Assembly: GCA_050996975.1 (NCBI GenBank)
Contig: JBPCRJ010000166.1
Location: 3,390 to 67,389, forward strand
Origin: Solirubrobacteraceae bacterium
GTDB lineage: Bacteria; Actinomycetota; Thermoleophilia; Solirubrobacterales; Solirubrobacteraceae
Length of the DNA stretch: 64,000 nt
Direction: 5' to 3'
Both the position numbers and the translations under genes were made by a program. A model generated the notes under the pieces. It saw nothing but the letters and a program-made list of their open reading frames with translations, ran no database searches and was not told the DNA's origin. Of this stretch, positions 29,369-41,738 are shown piece by piece (within the stretch, counting starts at the first letter, position 1; the number at the start of each line of letters is the position of its first letter).

Positions 29369-29763
29369 CCGTTCCTCTCCGCGCGGACCAGTCCGTCCGA
29401 GTCGGCGCCCCCGTGCTCGGCGCCCGCGCGCCGCAGCGCGTCGCGCAGATCCTCGGGATCGGGCGTCGGCGACACCCTCCCGTCGCGGCGGTGGTAGACC
29501 CGGCAGGTCAGCGCGGAAGGCTCCCCATCCTTTAACGGCGCCGCGTCAGCGTGGCCGGCGCCCGCAACGTCGACACGATCGACGAGGATCGTCGGCGAGC
29601 CCGAGAAGCGCGCGGCGCGCGCGTCCCCATCGGTCGTGATCTCGGTGACCACAACCTCGGCCTCCATCCCGACGTCGGCGATCGCCTCCCGCAGCTCTTC
29701 CAGAGCGCGCTCAGCCGAGGGACAGCCCTCCCACCACAGCAGCTCGATCTCCGGCGTGCGCAT
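29365..29763 (-). CDS. Small thioredoxin-fold protein
   Basis: ELLWWEGCPS, FSGSPTILVD, LTCRVY; ATGA overlap with the next gene. Confidence 0.78.
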   Translation of the reverse strand: MRTPEIELLWWEGCPSAERALEELREAIADVGMEAEVVVTEITTDGDARAARFSGSPTILVDRVDVAGAGHADAAPLKDGEPSALTCRVYHRRDGRVSPTPDPEDLRDALRRAGAEHGGADSDGLVRAERNG

Positions 29764-29999
29764 TGCGCTTAGGGTAGCCGCGTGTCGGAAGGGTCGGGTC
29801 GCCAGGAGCCTCGTAGCCGACCGAGGAGTGGGAGCGCATCGCCGATGAGCGACGCGGGTGGGGAAGATCTCCAGTGACGCGGAGCGCTCCTTCCACCAGG
29901 GCTCCCGCTCGGAGCGTCAATTTGTGCCAAGACCTGCGGAGCGGCACGGCGTACGGTGAAGCACTCCGTCGAGGTGTAGCCCGACTGATGGGAGCGATG

Positions 30000-30412
30000 A
30001 TGGCAGGCGAGCGTTTTTTGAGCTGGGTGTCAAGGATACCGAGCGCGGGCGGGTCTTCTACGAGGGCTGGTTCGGGTGGAAGTTCGAGACCGGGCCGTCG
30101 GGGCAAGGGTTCGTGGTGGCCTCGCCGAACGTGCCGGGCGGCATGCACGGGGGCGATCCGGGAGCAGCCCTCCGCGAGACTGCCGGCAACAAGATCAAGA
30201 CCAGGGCCGGCTCGATCGCGGACTGGGCCGGTGCGGAGTCCTCGGCGGCTCCGGCCCCGGGCATCGACGTGAAGAGCTCACTGGGGGGCGGGGGGGTGTC
30301 GGTGTTGAGCATCATCGCGCTGATCGTTGGATTGCTCGGACTGGGTGCGGGAGGCTTCGCGCTCACCGCTGGCGGCGCGCGGGACGGCAAGCGGGCGAGG
30401 CCGCTCGCGTGA
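30000..30412 (+). pseudogene. Chimeric remnant: VOC/glyoxalase 5' part fused to a YcnI-like 3' part
   Basis: After an early frameshift it reads FFELGVKDTERGRVFYEGWFGWKF...GGMHGG, then GSIADWAGAESSAAPAP followed by a TM anchor. Confidence 0.55.
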
Positions 30413-30868
30413 GCGGGCTGGGGCGACCCGTCGCCTGAGGCCATGCCGATCGACTTCACCATCGGGGCGGCGGGCGCCGCCCCGCCACCACTAAGCGACT
30501 CGGTCCGGGCGCGGCAAGCGCCTGGCAGCTCCTCACCGATCAGCGGGCAGACGTCAGGATCCCATCTCGCACCGGGCAGCCGCCAGCCGAGTCGGCCGTG
30601 GCCCCGTTGGTCAGGCCGTCCAGCTCACCGGATCGGTCAAGAAGTCCACACGCACACGCAGACGACGCCAACAGCACACGCAGACGACGCCAACAGCACA
30701 CGCGGACGCCCACTCCGCGCGCGACTCCGGATCGGCGGATCCACGCGGCCAGCGCGAGCGCCGCCCGCCCGCCGCTCCCCTGCACGCGAACGGCAGGCGC
30801 CTCATCAGCGGCACAGCCAATGCATCGCCCACGCGAGCATAGTGGAGCAGAGCCTATCCCACCGCCGT

Positions 30869-31963
30869 TCAGCCCGCGCGGACCGGGGCGCCCCGGCTCT
30901 CCCGCGGCTGCGCTGCTCTTCGTCGCCGGGGCTTCTTGGCGTCCTCGTCGCCGAGCGTGCCGCCGAACAGGAGCAGGAGCAGCGATACGCCGCTTCCCAT
31001 GCAGATCACGGCCGCGGCTCGCTCCACGAACGCCGGCACCGCCGCCAGCACGTACCCGTGCGTAAGGGTCGTGATCAGCAGCACGCCCTCCATCAGCCCC
31101 GCCGCCGCGATCACGGCCACCAGAAACAGTCCCGGGCCCTGACGCAACAGCCGTACCAGGCCCGCAATGAGGACCACGATGATCACTCCCAGCGTCACGG
31201 GCTGGCCTACGGCGACCGTCGGGCGTCCCTCGAGCACCTGGCCGGCGGCTCCGGCGGCGAGCGCGATCAGCGTCCCGGTGGCGAGCCCGCGGGCCAGACG
31301 CGTGTCGAGCTCGCGGCGGCGCAGCCGGCGCGCCGCCAGGACGCAGGCGATCACGACGGCGATCGGCCAGAACCAGACGATCGAGGGATCCGGGGCGTAC
31401 GAAAGCCCGCCGGAGATCGACGTCAGGCGGCCGTCTACCCGTACGGGGATCTTCCACCGGCCGAGATACGCGGCGTCCGGCGCGCGAGCGGTCGCGGCCA
31501 GGGCGCCGAGACGGCCATCGGGCCACAGATACTCGTGTGCCGTGCTGGCCCGTTGCCACTGCGGCGTGGCATTCGAAGTCAGGTTCGGCGGCGGAGGCTG
31601 GGCCGGAACGAGATTCAGGTAATAGATCGCCGAGCGAACGTTGACCTGCACCCCCGAGCGCGAGAAGCGCAGGTAGGGCTCGCCGGAATAGCCGAGCACG
31701 ACCACCGTCTCGCCGCTGCGCACCGCCAGCCAGAGCCGCAGATCGCCGTCGACGACCCGCGCCTGGAGTCCAGCCGGGACCTGGCTCACGCGGGCCAGAA
31801 AGCTCGACGCGATCGGCGCGACCGGACCGTGGGCGGCAGCCCGCCCGGGAAACGCGCCCACCACCGCCACGACGCAGAGCAGTGCGAGCACGACGCGCAC
31901 GCACGCGCAGCTGTCCACGAGCCAGCGGGCGCCCGGGCCGGCACGGTGGCCTGCGGGCCGCAT
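30869..31963 (-). CDS. Hypothetical membrane protein with extracytoplasmic N-terminal domain
   Basis: Signal peptide ending AAAH, soluble domain, then ~5 TM helices; start uncertain. Confidence 0.7.
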   Translation of the reverse strand: MRPAGHRAGPGARWLVDSCACVRVVLALLCVVAVVGAFPGRAAAHGPVAPIASSFLARVSQVPAGLQARVVDGDLRLWLAVRSGETVVVLGYSGEPYLRFSRSGVQVNVRSAIYYLNLVPAQPPPPNLTSNATPQWQRASTAHEYLWPDGRLGALAATARAPDAAYLGRWKIPVRVDGRLTSISGGLSYAPDPSIVWFWPIAVVIACVLAARRLRRRELDTRLARGLATGTLIALAAGAAGQVLEGRPTVAVGQPVTLGVIIVVLIAGLVRLLRQGPGLFLVAVIAAAGLMEGVLLITTLTHGYVLAAVPAFVERAAAVICMGSGVSLLLLLFGGTLGDEDAKKPRRRRAAQPRESRGAPVRAG

Positions 31964-32030
31964 AGAATCGCTACCGGTCCATGGTGGAGGCGTCTTTCCC
32001 ACTCCTGTAGCGCCGCAGCTCATCGCCCCG

Positions 32031-32729
32031 GTGAACTCTACGCATACCCGTCGTTTCCGCCCCCACGGTCGATGCGCGCGACGCTTGGCGGTGTGCGTGT
32101 CGATGATCGCGCTGGGTGGGGGATCGCACGCCGGGCTGGCGCGCGCCGACGGGGATCCCGCCAGCGACGTGCTCGTCGCTCAAGCGCTGTTCCTGCCGCA
32201 GGACGCCGGTCTTCCGCCCCAACAGCAGGCTCAACTTATTACGCTGCTGGCCACAGCGCGACAGCGCGGATACGAGCTCCGTGTCGCGGTGATCACCTCG
32301 CCCACCGATCTCGGCTCGGTCGGGGCGCTCTGGCACCAGCCCGGGCCCTACGCGCGGTTCCTCGGCCTCGAGCTCTCGCTCGCCTACCGGGGTCGTGTCC
32401 TAGTGCTGATGCCCGGCGGCCTCGGCCTGTCTGAGAACGGCCACTCGATCGCGGTCAGGGCGGCACTCGCCGGCATGCGCATACCCGCGGGTGGCAGCGG
32501 GCTCGGGGCGGCCACACTGAATGTCATTCGACGCCTGGCGGCGGCGTCTGGTGTCGCCTTGCCGATTCCGAACGCGAGCGCTACAGCGACGGCGGGCTCG
32601 ATCGACGTCGTGCCATGGATCGTGTTCGTAGTCGGCCTCGCCCTGATCGGCGCCGCGTGGACGGCGAGCCTTAAAGCCAAGCCGCGTGGCCCATGGCGCC
32701 CGCACATCGGGTCGCGCCCGTCCCGGTGA
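32031..32729 (+). CDS. Secreted, membrane-anchored 'ADGDPASDVL' protein
   Basis: Signal peptide, ADGDPASDVL, DLG, P..YA.FL..EL, VLMPGG.G, C-terminal TM; paralog at 43069. Confidence 0.72.
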   Translation: MNSTHTRRFRPHGRCARRLAVCVSMIALGGGSHAGLARADGDPASDVLVAQALFLPQDAGLPPQQQAQLITLLATARQRGYELRVAVITSPTDLGSVGALWHQPGPYARFLGLELSLAYRGRVLVLMPGGLGLSENGHSIAVRAALAGMRIPAGGSGLGAATLNVIRRLAAASGVALPIPNASATATAGSIDVVPWIVFVVGLALIGAAWTASLKAKPRGPWRPHIGSRPSR

Positions 32730-32888
32730 GCCGAGCCGGGGTTTCAGCGAGGGTCCTCGCGATCGACGTTCCAGTAGCGGACCACCCGGGCACGGTAGCC
32801 CTCGGTCATCGGCGCTCAGCCCGGATCGGCGCTGGGACGCGCACGGCCGCCGCCCGCCCGGCAGCGGCCGCTCGTCGTGTGCTTAGGG

Positions 32889-33092
32889 CTAGAGCTTCTG
32901 AACGTTGATCGCCTTCGGCCCCTTGGGCCCGGCCTCCTCTTCGTAGGACACCTTGGTGCCCTCCGCGAGGGAGCGATAGCCGTCGGCATTGATGCTCGAG
33001 TGATGCACGAACAGGTCCCGGCTGCCTTCATCGGGAGTGATGAAACCGAACCCCTTCTCGTCGCTGAACCACTTGACCGTTCCGGTTGGCAT
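32889..33092 (-). CDS. cspA: Cold-shock protein
   Basis: [22 protein letters not shown]. Confidence 0.95.
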   Translation of the reverse strand: MPTGTVKWFSDEKGFGFITPDEGSRDLFVHHSSINADGYRSLAEGTKVSYEEEAGPKGPKAINVQKL

Positions 33093-33264
33093 TGTGGAGA
33101 ACTCCTCCGTCGCTTGAAAGTGCTGCCACCGCGGAGGATGTCCTGCGACTACCCCGAGGCCTGCACCTGCTTCTCACCGCCCGACGCTTCGCAGACGGCC
33201 TTACGGCGCGGCAGGGTAGCACGGCCGCGGACGGCGCACCAGCAACTAGGTCATCCTTGTCCCG

Positions 33265-33681
33265 ATGGACGATCCAATGCCGCTCGGGCGCCACGCGCAG
33301 CTTCCCCTGCGCGAAGTGCGGCTGCGCTCCTCCCGGTCCTCCGGCCCCGGCGGTCAGCACGCCAACGTGACCGACTCCCGGATCGAGGCCGTGTTCGATG
33401 TCCGCGCCTCGACCGCGCTCACCGAGGAGCAGAAGCTGCGGATCATCGCCCGCGTCGGCCCGCGGGTCGTGGCCGTCGCCCAGGACGCCCGCAGCCAGAC
33501 TCGCAACCGCGAGCTGGCGCTCGAGCGGCTTCGCCGGCGCCTGAGCACCGCGCTGGCGGTGGCGCGCCCGCGGCGCACCACCAGACCGAGCCACGCGGCG
33601 GTCAGGCGCCGGCTGGAGGCCAAGCGCCGGCACGGCGAGCGCAAGCACGGACGCCGGCCACCGCCGACGCCGGACGACTGA
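33265..33681 (+). CDS. arfB: Alternative ribosome-rescue peptidyl-tRNA hydrolase
   Basis: RSSGPGGQHAN, RSQTRNR, basic C-terminal tail. Confidence 0.92.
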   Translation: MDDPMPLGRHAQLPLREVRLRSSRSSGPGGQHANVTDSRIEAVFDVRASTALTEEQKLRIIARVGPRVVAVAQDARSQTRNRELALERLRRRLSTALAVARPRRTTRPSHAAVRRRLEAKRRHGERKHGRRPPPTPDD

Positions 33682-33760
33682 CCCGCCGGCCCACCGGACG
33701 CCCGGCTGCCATCCCTGACACGCCCCACCGGGTTGCCCACGAGGACCTAACCTGTGCCGC

Positions 33761-34135
33761 GTGCGGTGGCTTGTGGACGGGATGAACGTGATCGGCACGC
33801 GACCCGACGCCTGGTGGAAGGACCGCGATGGCGCGATGCTCCACCTGGTCAAGCTGCTCGAACGCTGGGCGGCCGAGAACGGTGAGGACGTGACCGTCGT
33901 GTTCGAGCGACCGCCGTCGCCCCCGATCCGCTCGTCGGTGATCGAGGTGGCCCACGCGCCCAAGCCGCGCCGAGATGCCGGCGATGACGAGATCATCCGG
34001 CGGCTTCGCTCCGAGCCCGCGCCGGGACTCGTGCGCGTGGTCACCTCCGACCGCTGGCTCTCCGAGCGCGCCTACGCGACCGGCGCCAGCGTGCTCGGAG
34101 CGCAGGCCTTCCGCGGCCAACTCGAGCAGGATTGA
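33761..34135 (+). CDS. NYN/YacP-like (PIN-fold) ribonuclease
   Basis: LVDGMNVIG, AGDDEI, VVTSD acidic motifs. Confidence 0.85.
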   Translation: MRWLVDGMNVIGTRPDAWWKDRDGAMLHLVKLLERWAAENGEDVTVVFERPPSPPIRSSVIEVAHAPKPRRDAGDDEIIRRLRSEPAPGLVRVVTSDRWLSERAYATGASVLGAQAFRGQLEQD

Positions 34136-34183
34136 GAGCACCCGCAGATACACCCCGGGAGCCTCGCTTGCGACAATCCCGCG

Positions 34184-36253
<2,070 letters not shown>

Positions 36254-36351
36254 CGGTTCATTGCGGTCGCGGTCCAGCGTTCGAACGCCGAGCGCGCGCA
36301 CCCTGCTCCGCCGCCCCCGCGGGGGAGCCGCACGAGCGCATCGGTAATCCG

Positions 36352-36642
36352 TCAGTCGCCCAACCGAGTCATCCGTGCGAGTGCCTCGTGGCACTCGACC
36401 ACGCGGCGTTTGACCGGATCGCTGTCGGGGCGATCGTGGACGAGGTCCCAGGTGCGGTCGGCGATGTCCCGTGCCGTCTCGGGCGTCGCGAGCTCCCACA
36501 GGCGGTTGACCAGCCGGAGCTCGAAGCTCTGGATCTGGTCGGCCGGATTGCCGGGCGGGATTTTCGGCAGCGGCTCGCCCGTCGCCTCCTTCCACATACC
36601 GGTGGCGATCAGCAAACGGTTTCGCAATTTGATCGGGTCCAT
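36352..36642 (-). CDS. Small hypothetical protein
   Basis: MDPIKLRNRL... ORF with globular composition; start within 36642-36654. Confidence 0.65.
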   Translation of the reverse strand: MDPIKLRNRLLIATGMWKEATGEPLPKIPPGNPADQIQSFELRLVNRLWELATPETARDIADRTWDLVHDRPDSDPVKRRVVECHEALARMTRLGD

Positions 36643-36738
36643 CGCCGCCATCATCCTAGAAGTGGCGCGGCTACGTGGCGAGACGCGAATTCATCCCAAT
36701 TCATCCGGCTACACGCGCGACGAAAAGCCACCCGACGC

Positions 36739-39345
36739 TCACGCCAGCGCCGGCAGCTGCTGCTCGACGCTCAGTAGCGGCGCGAGGAGATCTCCGTGCT
36801 CGCGTACGCGCGCGAGCACCTGCTCGGGCTCGAACGACAAGAGCTCGGGCTCTCGCTCCCTGCGGGCAGCCGTGACCTCCTCCCAGGTGACCGGGGTCGA
36901 GACGGTCGGCCGCTCGCGGGCGCGCACCGAGTAGACCGTGACCGTCGTCTTGTGCGCGTCGTTCTGGCTCCAGTCGACCAGCACCTTCCCCGGACGCAGC
37001 CGCTTGGTCATCCGAGACACGACGAGCTCGGGAAGCCGCTGCTCCAGCAGCTCCGCAACCCGGCGAGCAAACGGCTTGGTCTGCGCGTACTGGACCGAGC
37101 CACCTAGCGGTACGTACACCTGCAGTCCCTTTGATCCCGAGGTCTTGACGACGCTCTGGAGGCCCAGCGTCCCGAACAGCCCCCGCAGCACGAGCGCCAC
37201 CTCGCAGCATTCGACGATCCCCGCGGGCGCCCCGGGATCGAGGTCGAACACCAGCATCGTCGGCCGGTCGGGCGCCCGCGCCAGTGACAGCGAGGTGTGC
37301 AGCTCGACATCCGCCAGGTTGGCCAACCAGATCAACGTGGGCCGGTCCTGCGCGAGCGTGTACCTGACCGCGCCGATCTCCGCGGTCTGAACCCAGTCCG
37401 GGCGGTGCGAGGGGGACTGCTTCTCGTAGAAGTACTGTGCCTGCACCCCATTGGGGTAGCGCTTGAGCGTCAGTGCCCGGTCGTGCAGGTGGGGCAGCAC
37501 GACGGGGGCGACGCGAGCGTAGTAGGAGATCAGATCGCCCTTCGTGAAGCCCGCCTGCGGGAACAGGACCTTGTCCCAGTTGGATAGCTTCAGCCGCCGG
37601 CCGTCGGCGAGCACGGCCAGGCCCCCTCCGGGCGGGCGCTCGATCTCGTCGAACAGATCCTCGGGAGCGCCCTCGGCCGGCGGCGTAGCCGATCCCGGGT
37701 CGGCGTCAGCGGCGTCCTCGAGCACCAGCCCTGAGGCGTCGTTCTCGCGCGTCAGCCGTGAGCCGTCGTCCTCGCGCGTCAGCCGTGAGCCGTCGTCCTC
37801 GAGCACCACCTCACGCGGCGCCCGGTCCTCTCGCAGCCCCTTGAACGACGGCGCGCGCATCACCCGATCGGCTGTCCACTCGGTGAACTCGATCTCGGCC
37901 ACCAGGCACGGCTCGGCGAACCCGGCATCGCGTGGCAGCTTCGGCGCCCCCGTGAACGGGCTCGACTCACGCCGGTACGGCGCGATTCGAGCCGAGAGAT
38001 CCACTAGTGCCGCTTGGGTGAACCCAGTCCCGACCCGACCGGCGTATCGAAACGCGCCGTCCACGTAGTACCCCATCAGCAGCGCCCCGATCCGTCCCGC
38101 GCGACGCCCCTCGCCGGGCAGCCATCCCCCGATCACCAGCTCCTGACTGAGCGTGTGCTTGACCTTGATCCACGCGCCAGTCCGCCGTCCGGGCTCGTAG
38201 CGGGAGTCAAGGCGCTTGGCCACGATCCCCTCGAGCCCCTGCGCGCGGGTGGCTAGCAGCAGTCGAGCCCCCTCGGCTCGGTGCACGGCCGGAACGCGCC
38301 AGGCGGGTCCTTCCAAATCGAGCGACTCGAGCCGCTCCCGCCGCTCCGCATAGGGCCGCTCGAGCAGCGAGCACCCATCGAGGTGGAGCAGGTCGAAGAT
38401 CGCATAGACCACCGGGGTGCTCGACGCGAGCCTTCGGATCGAGGCGGGTGAGCGCACGTGCATCCGGCGCTGGAGCCGCTCGAAGCTGGGGCGACCCGCG
38501 TCGTCGAACGCGATGATCTCGCCGTCGAGCACCGCCTCGCGCATGCCCAGCGCGCGCAGGAGTCCGCGCACCTCGGGGTAGGCATCGGTGATGTCGTTGA
38601 GGTTGCGGCTCTGCATTCGCAGACGGCCCGGCTGGGCGTAGGCGACCGCACGCACACCGTCCCATTTGACTTCGAAGGACCAGTTTCGCTCGGGGCGCGG
38701 AAGCTTCCCCGCCCGTGCCAGCATCGGCACCAGACGCTCGGGCATCGGCGCGCGGTCAGGATCGGCGGGCGGGTCCATCCGGTGGATCATCCAGTCGCTT
38801 CCGCCATCGTCCTGCCCAATCGGGAACAGTCCGTGGCGACCGTTCAGACGTTCGCCGTGAAAGCTGATCTCGACCTTGCGCTCATCCCACTTGTGCGATT
38901 CGAAGGTGCCCCGATCCCAGATCCTCATCGTCCCCGCGCCGTACTGACCCGGCGGGATCTCGCCTTCGAAGTCGAGATACTCGAGCGGATGGTCCTCGGT
39001 GCGCACGGCCAGCCGGTTCTGCGCCGGCTCAATCGGGATCCCGTTCGGGATCGCCCACGAGGCCAGCACGCCGTCGTGCTCCAGGCGCAGATCCCAGTGC
39101 AGCCGGGTCGCGTCGTGCTCCTGGACGACGAACCGGGGGGCGGAACGGGGGGGCGCCGCTGGCTCCGACGAGCCGTGGCCGCCGGGCTCACGCTCGGACA
39201 GACCGACGGGCTCAGGTGTGGGCTCTGGAGGACCGCCGGGCTCACGCTCGGATGGCCCGCCGCCAGGCTCGGGCGTGGCGGCGAAGTCGCGCTTGGAGCG
39301 GTAGCGATCCAGCTCGTCGGGAGTCTTGCTACGGGCGCGCGGCAT
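36739..39345 (-). CDS. ligD: NHEJ DNA ligase D (phosphoesterase-ligase-polymerase)
   Basis: FVVQEHDATRLHWDLRLE (PE), EVKWDGVR and EGIVAK (ligase), FDLDP and KTSGSKG (polymerase). Confidence 0.93.
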   Translation of the reverse strand: MPRARSKTPDELDRYRSKRDFAATPEPGGGPSEREPGGPPEPTPEPVGLSEREPGGHGSSEPAAPPRSAPRFVVQEHDATRLHWDLRLEHDGVLASWAIPNGIPIEPAQNRLAVRTEDHPLEYLDFEGEIPPGQYGAGTMRIWDRGTFESHKWDERKVEISFHGERLNGRHGLFPIGQDDGGSDWMIHRMDPPADPDRAPMPERLVPMLARAGKLPRPERNWSFEVKWDGVRAVAYAQPGRLRMQSRNLNDITDAYPEVRGLLRALGMREAVLDGEIIAFDDAGRPSFERLQRRMHVRSPASIRRLASSTPVVYAIFDLLHLDGCSLLERPYAERRERLESLDLEGPAWRVPAVHRAEGARLLLATRAQGLEGIVAKRLDSRYEPGRRTGAWIKVKHTLSQELVIGGWLPGEGRRAGRIGALLMGYYVDGAFRYAGRVGTGFTQAALVDLSARIAPYRRESSPFTGAPKLPRDAGFAEPCLVAEIEFTEWTADRVMRAPSFKGLREDRAPREVVLEDDGSRLTREDDGSRLTRENDASGLVLEDAADADPGSATPPAEGAPEDLFDEIERPPGGGLAVLADGRRLKLSNWDKVLFPQAGFTKGDLISYYARVAPVVLPHLHDRALTLKRYPNGVQAQYFYEKQSPSHRPDWVQTAEIGAVRYTLAQDRPTLIWLANLADVELHTSLSLARAPDRPTMLVFDLDPGAPAGIVECCEVALVLRGLFGTLGLQSVVKTSGSKGLQVYVPLGGSVQYAQTKPFARRVAELLEQRLPELVVSRMTKRLRPGKVLVDWSQNDAHKTTVTVYSVRARERPTVSTPVTWEEVTAARREREPELLSFEPEQVLARVREHGDLLAPLLSVEQQLPALA

Positions 39346-39602
39346 CGGAGTAGATCAGCATATGCACGCTGATGGTTTGCGCGTGGCTGGCCCACGGTGT
39401 TTCAGATCGGACAGAACCGACGGTAGTGGCGGTGGCGGCCGTGTTGCTCGACCGTGATCAGGCCGCCGTCGAGCAGCCGCGAGAATTGGGGGTGGTCGTG
39501 ACGGGGATCTCGCCTGACTGTTCGTGACGGGATCTCGGGATCTCGGGTTCTCAGCCCGCCCCTTCTTCACCAACTTTTACGTGCGCGCGCGATCATTCCG
39601 GC

Positions 39603-40298
39603 ATGGCAGCGACAAGCGCGGTGACGCGGATCCTGGTGGTGGACGACGAGCCGGCCGTCAGGCGGGCGCTCGATCGTGCGCTGCGACTCGAGAGCTACGA
39701 GGTGGCGCTTGCGGCCGACGGCGAGGAGGCGCTCGACGCGCTCGCGAGCACACCCGCCGACGCGGTGATTCTCGATCTCGCGATGCCGCGGCTGGATGGC
39801 CTCGAAGTCTGCCGGCGAATGCGCCAGGCCGGAGACCGCACCCCGGTGCTGATGCTCACCGCGCTTGACGCGATCGATGACCGCGTCAGGGGACTCGACG
39901 CCGGCGCTGACGATTACCTCGTCAAGCCATTCGCGCTGCGGGAGCTGCAGGCGCGGCTACGGGCGCTGTTGCGCCGCACGAGCGACAGCGATGGCGACAC
40001 CGAAGTGCTGCGCTACGCCGACCTCGTGCTCGACCCGCTCGCGCACGAGGTCCATCGCGGCGAGCGGCTCGTCGAGCTATCGCGAACCGAGTTCCTGCTG
40101 CTGGAGCTGTTCCTCAAGCACCCTCGCCAGGTGCTCACTCGCTCGACGATCTTCGAGCGCGTCTGGGGGTACGACTTCGGCCCGACGTCCAACGCGCTCG
40201 GCGTGTACATGGGCTACCTGCGACGAAAGACGGAGTCCGGCGGAGAGCCACGCCTGCTGCACACGATGCGGGGCGTCGGCTACGTCCTGCGGGACTGA
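39603..40298 (+). CDS. mprA: OmpR-family response regulator, MprA-like
   Basis: [46 protein letters not shown]. Confidence 0.8.
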   Translation: MAATSAVTRILVVDDEPAVRRALDRALRLESYEVALAADGEEALDALASTPADAVILDLAMPRLDGLEVCRRMRQAGDRTPVLMLTALDAIDDRVRGLDAGADDYLVKPFALRELQARLRALLRRTSDSDGDTEVLRYADLVLDPLAHEVHRGERLVELSRTEFLLLELFLKHPRQVLTRSTIFERVWGYDFGPTSNALGVYMGYLRRKTESGGEPRLLHTMRGVGYVLRD

Positions 40299-40321
40299 CG
40301 AGCGAACCGAGGAGGCCGCGG

Positions 40322-41725
40322 ATGTCATTGCGCCGCAGACTCGCCCTCGGCGCGGCCACGGCGGTCGCGATTGCGATCCTGATCGCGGCGCTGGTCTGTT
40401 ACCTGGTCGTCAGAGGCGAGCTGCGCGGACAGGTGGACGACGCGCTGGGAGCGCAGGCGACCGCCGTTCAGCGGGGCGACTTCCACGCCCTCGCCCAGCC
40501 GCTGCCGGGGATTCCCGCCAGCGCGGGCGGCCCCGCGCCGTACGTTCAGATCATCGGCGCGGACGGCACGCGCCAGGGCAACCTCGCGCTGCCGATCGAT
40601 GCCCGCACCCACGCCATCGCCGGCGGGCGCCGAGGCTCGTTTCTCACCGACGCCCGTATCGGAGCGAGCCACCTGCGTGAGCTGGCGTTCCCGGTCTCGG
40701 TGTCGGTGGCGGGCCAGCTCGAGACGGCTGCCGTTCAGCTCGCCCGGCCACTGAACGGGGTGGACCGCATCCTCTCCAACCTGCGCTTGACGCTGATGCT
40801 GCTGTGCGCGGCGGGAATCGCGCTGGCGGCCGGGCTGGGGCGATTCGCGGCCCGTCGCGTACTCGCGCCACTGGCCGAGGTGACGCAGACCGCGCAGCAC
40901 ATCGGCGAGACCGACGATCTCTCGCGCCGGATCGTCGTCCGAGCGGACGACGAGGTCGGCCAGCTGTCCACACGCTTCAACGCGATGCTCGAGCGACTGG
41001 AAGGCTCTCGCGCCGCGCTCGACGAGTCGGTGCGGGCGCAGCGCCAGCTGGTGGCCGATGCCTCGCACGAGCTGCGCACCCCGGTCACCAGCCTGCGCAC
41101 GAACATCGAGGTGCTGCTCGCGGGCGGCGCGCTGACCGAGGAGGACCGCCGCCGCCTGCTGGCCGACGTAGTCGAGCAGAGCGAGGAGCTTAGCGCGCTC
41201 GTCGGTGACCTGATCGAGCTCGCGCGCGGCGACGGGCCGACGGAGTCCGCTGAGGATGTCCAGCTGGACCGGATCGTCGCCGAGTCGGTTGCCCGGTCGC
41301 GCCGCAACGCCCCCGGCGTGCGGTTCGAGACGAGCTTTGCTCCGATCATCGTCGAGGGCGTTCCCGAGCGGTTGTCACACGCCGTTAACAACCTGCTCGA
41401 GAACGCGGCGCGACACTCTCCGCCGGGCGGGACGATCGAGGTCGCGGTGGACAGCTACGGCGTTTCCGTTCGCGACCACGGGACGGGGGTCGCGGAGGAG
41501 GATCTGCCGTACGTGTTCGACCGCTTCTTCCGCGGGGCCGACTCACGCGGACGCCAGGGCAGCGGACTCGGCCTCGCGATCGTGCAGCAGGTCGCCCAGC
41601 AGCACCGCGGGTCGGTGACCGCGTCCAACGCGCCCGACGGCGGCGCGATCTTCAGCCTGCGGCTGCCCGTGGTGGCAGCTGGGGAGGCGGACTCGACATC
41701 GGTCGAGGCGTCCGTGGGCGGATGA
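40322..41725 (+). CDS. mprB: HAMP sensor histidine kinase, MprB-like
   Basis: Two TM helices, HAMP, DASHELRTP, NLLENA, GSGLGLAIV. Confidence 0.8.
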   Translation: MSLRRRLALGAATAVAIAILIAALVCYLVVRGELRGQVDDALGAQATAVQRGDFHALAQPLPGIPASAGGPAPYVQIIGADGTRQGNLALPIDARTHAIAGGRRGSFLTDARIGASHLRELAFPVSVSVAGQLETAAVQLARPLNGVDRILSNLRLTLMLLCAAGIALAAGLGRFAARRVLAPLAEVTQTAQHIGETDDLSRRIVVRADDEVGQLSTRFNAMLERLEGSRAALDESVRAQRQLVADASHELRTPVTSLRTNIEVLLAGGALTEEDRRRLLADVVEQSEELSALVGDLIELARGDGPTESAEDVQLDRIVAESVARSRRNAPGVRFETSFAPIIVEGVPERLSHAVNNLLENAARHSPPGGTIEVAVDSYGVSVRDHGTGVAEEDLPYVFDRFFRGADSRGRQGSGLGLAIVQQVAQQHRGSVTASNAPDGGAIFSLRLPVVAAGEADSTSVEASVGG

Positions 41726-41738
41726 ACCGGCCGGATCG

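Noticed and set aside
30443-32434. 663-aa plus-strand ORF
   Set aside because: Low-complexity shadow overlapping better-supported genes.
39530-39560. MprA autoregulatory box upstream of the mprA-like gene
   Set aside because: TCTCGG/TCTCAG copies recur at an 8-bp period, not 11 bp; better explained as a micro-duplication.
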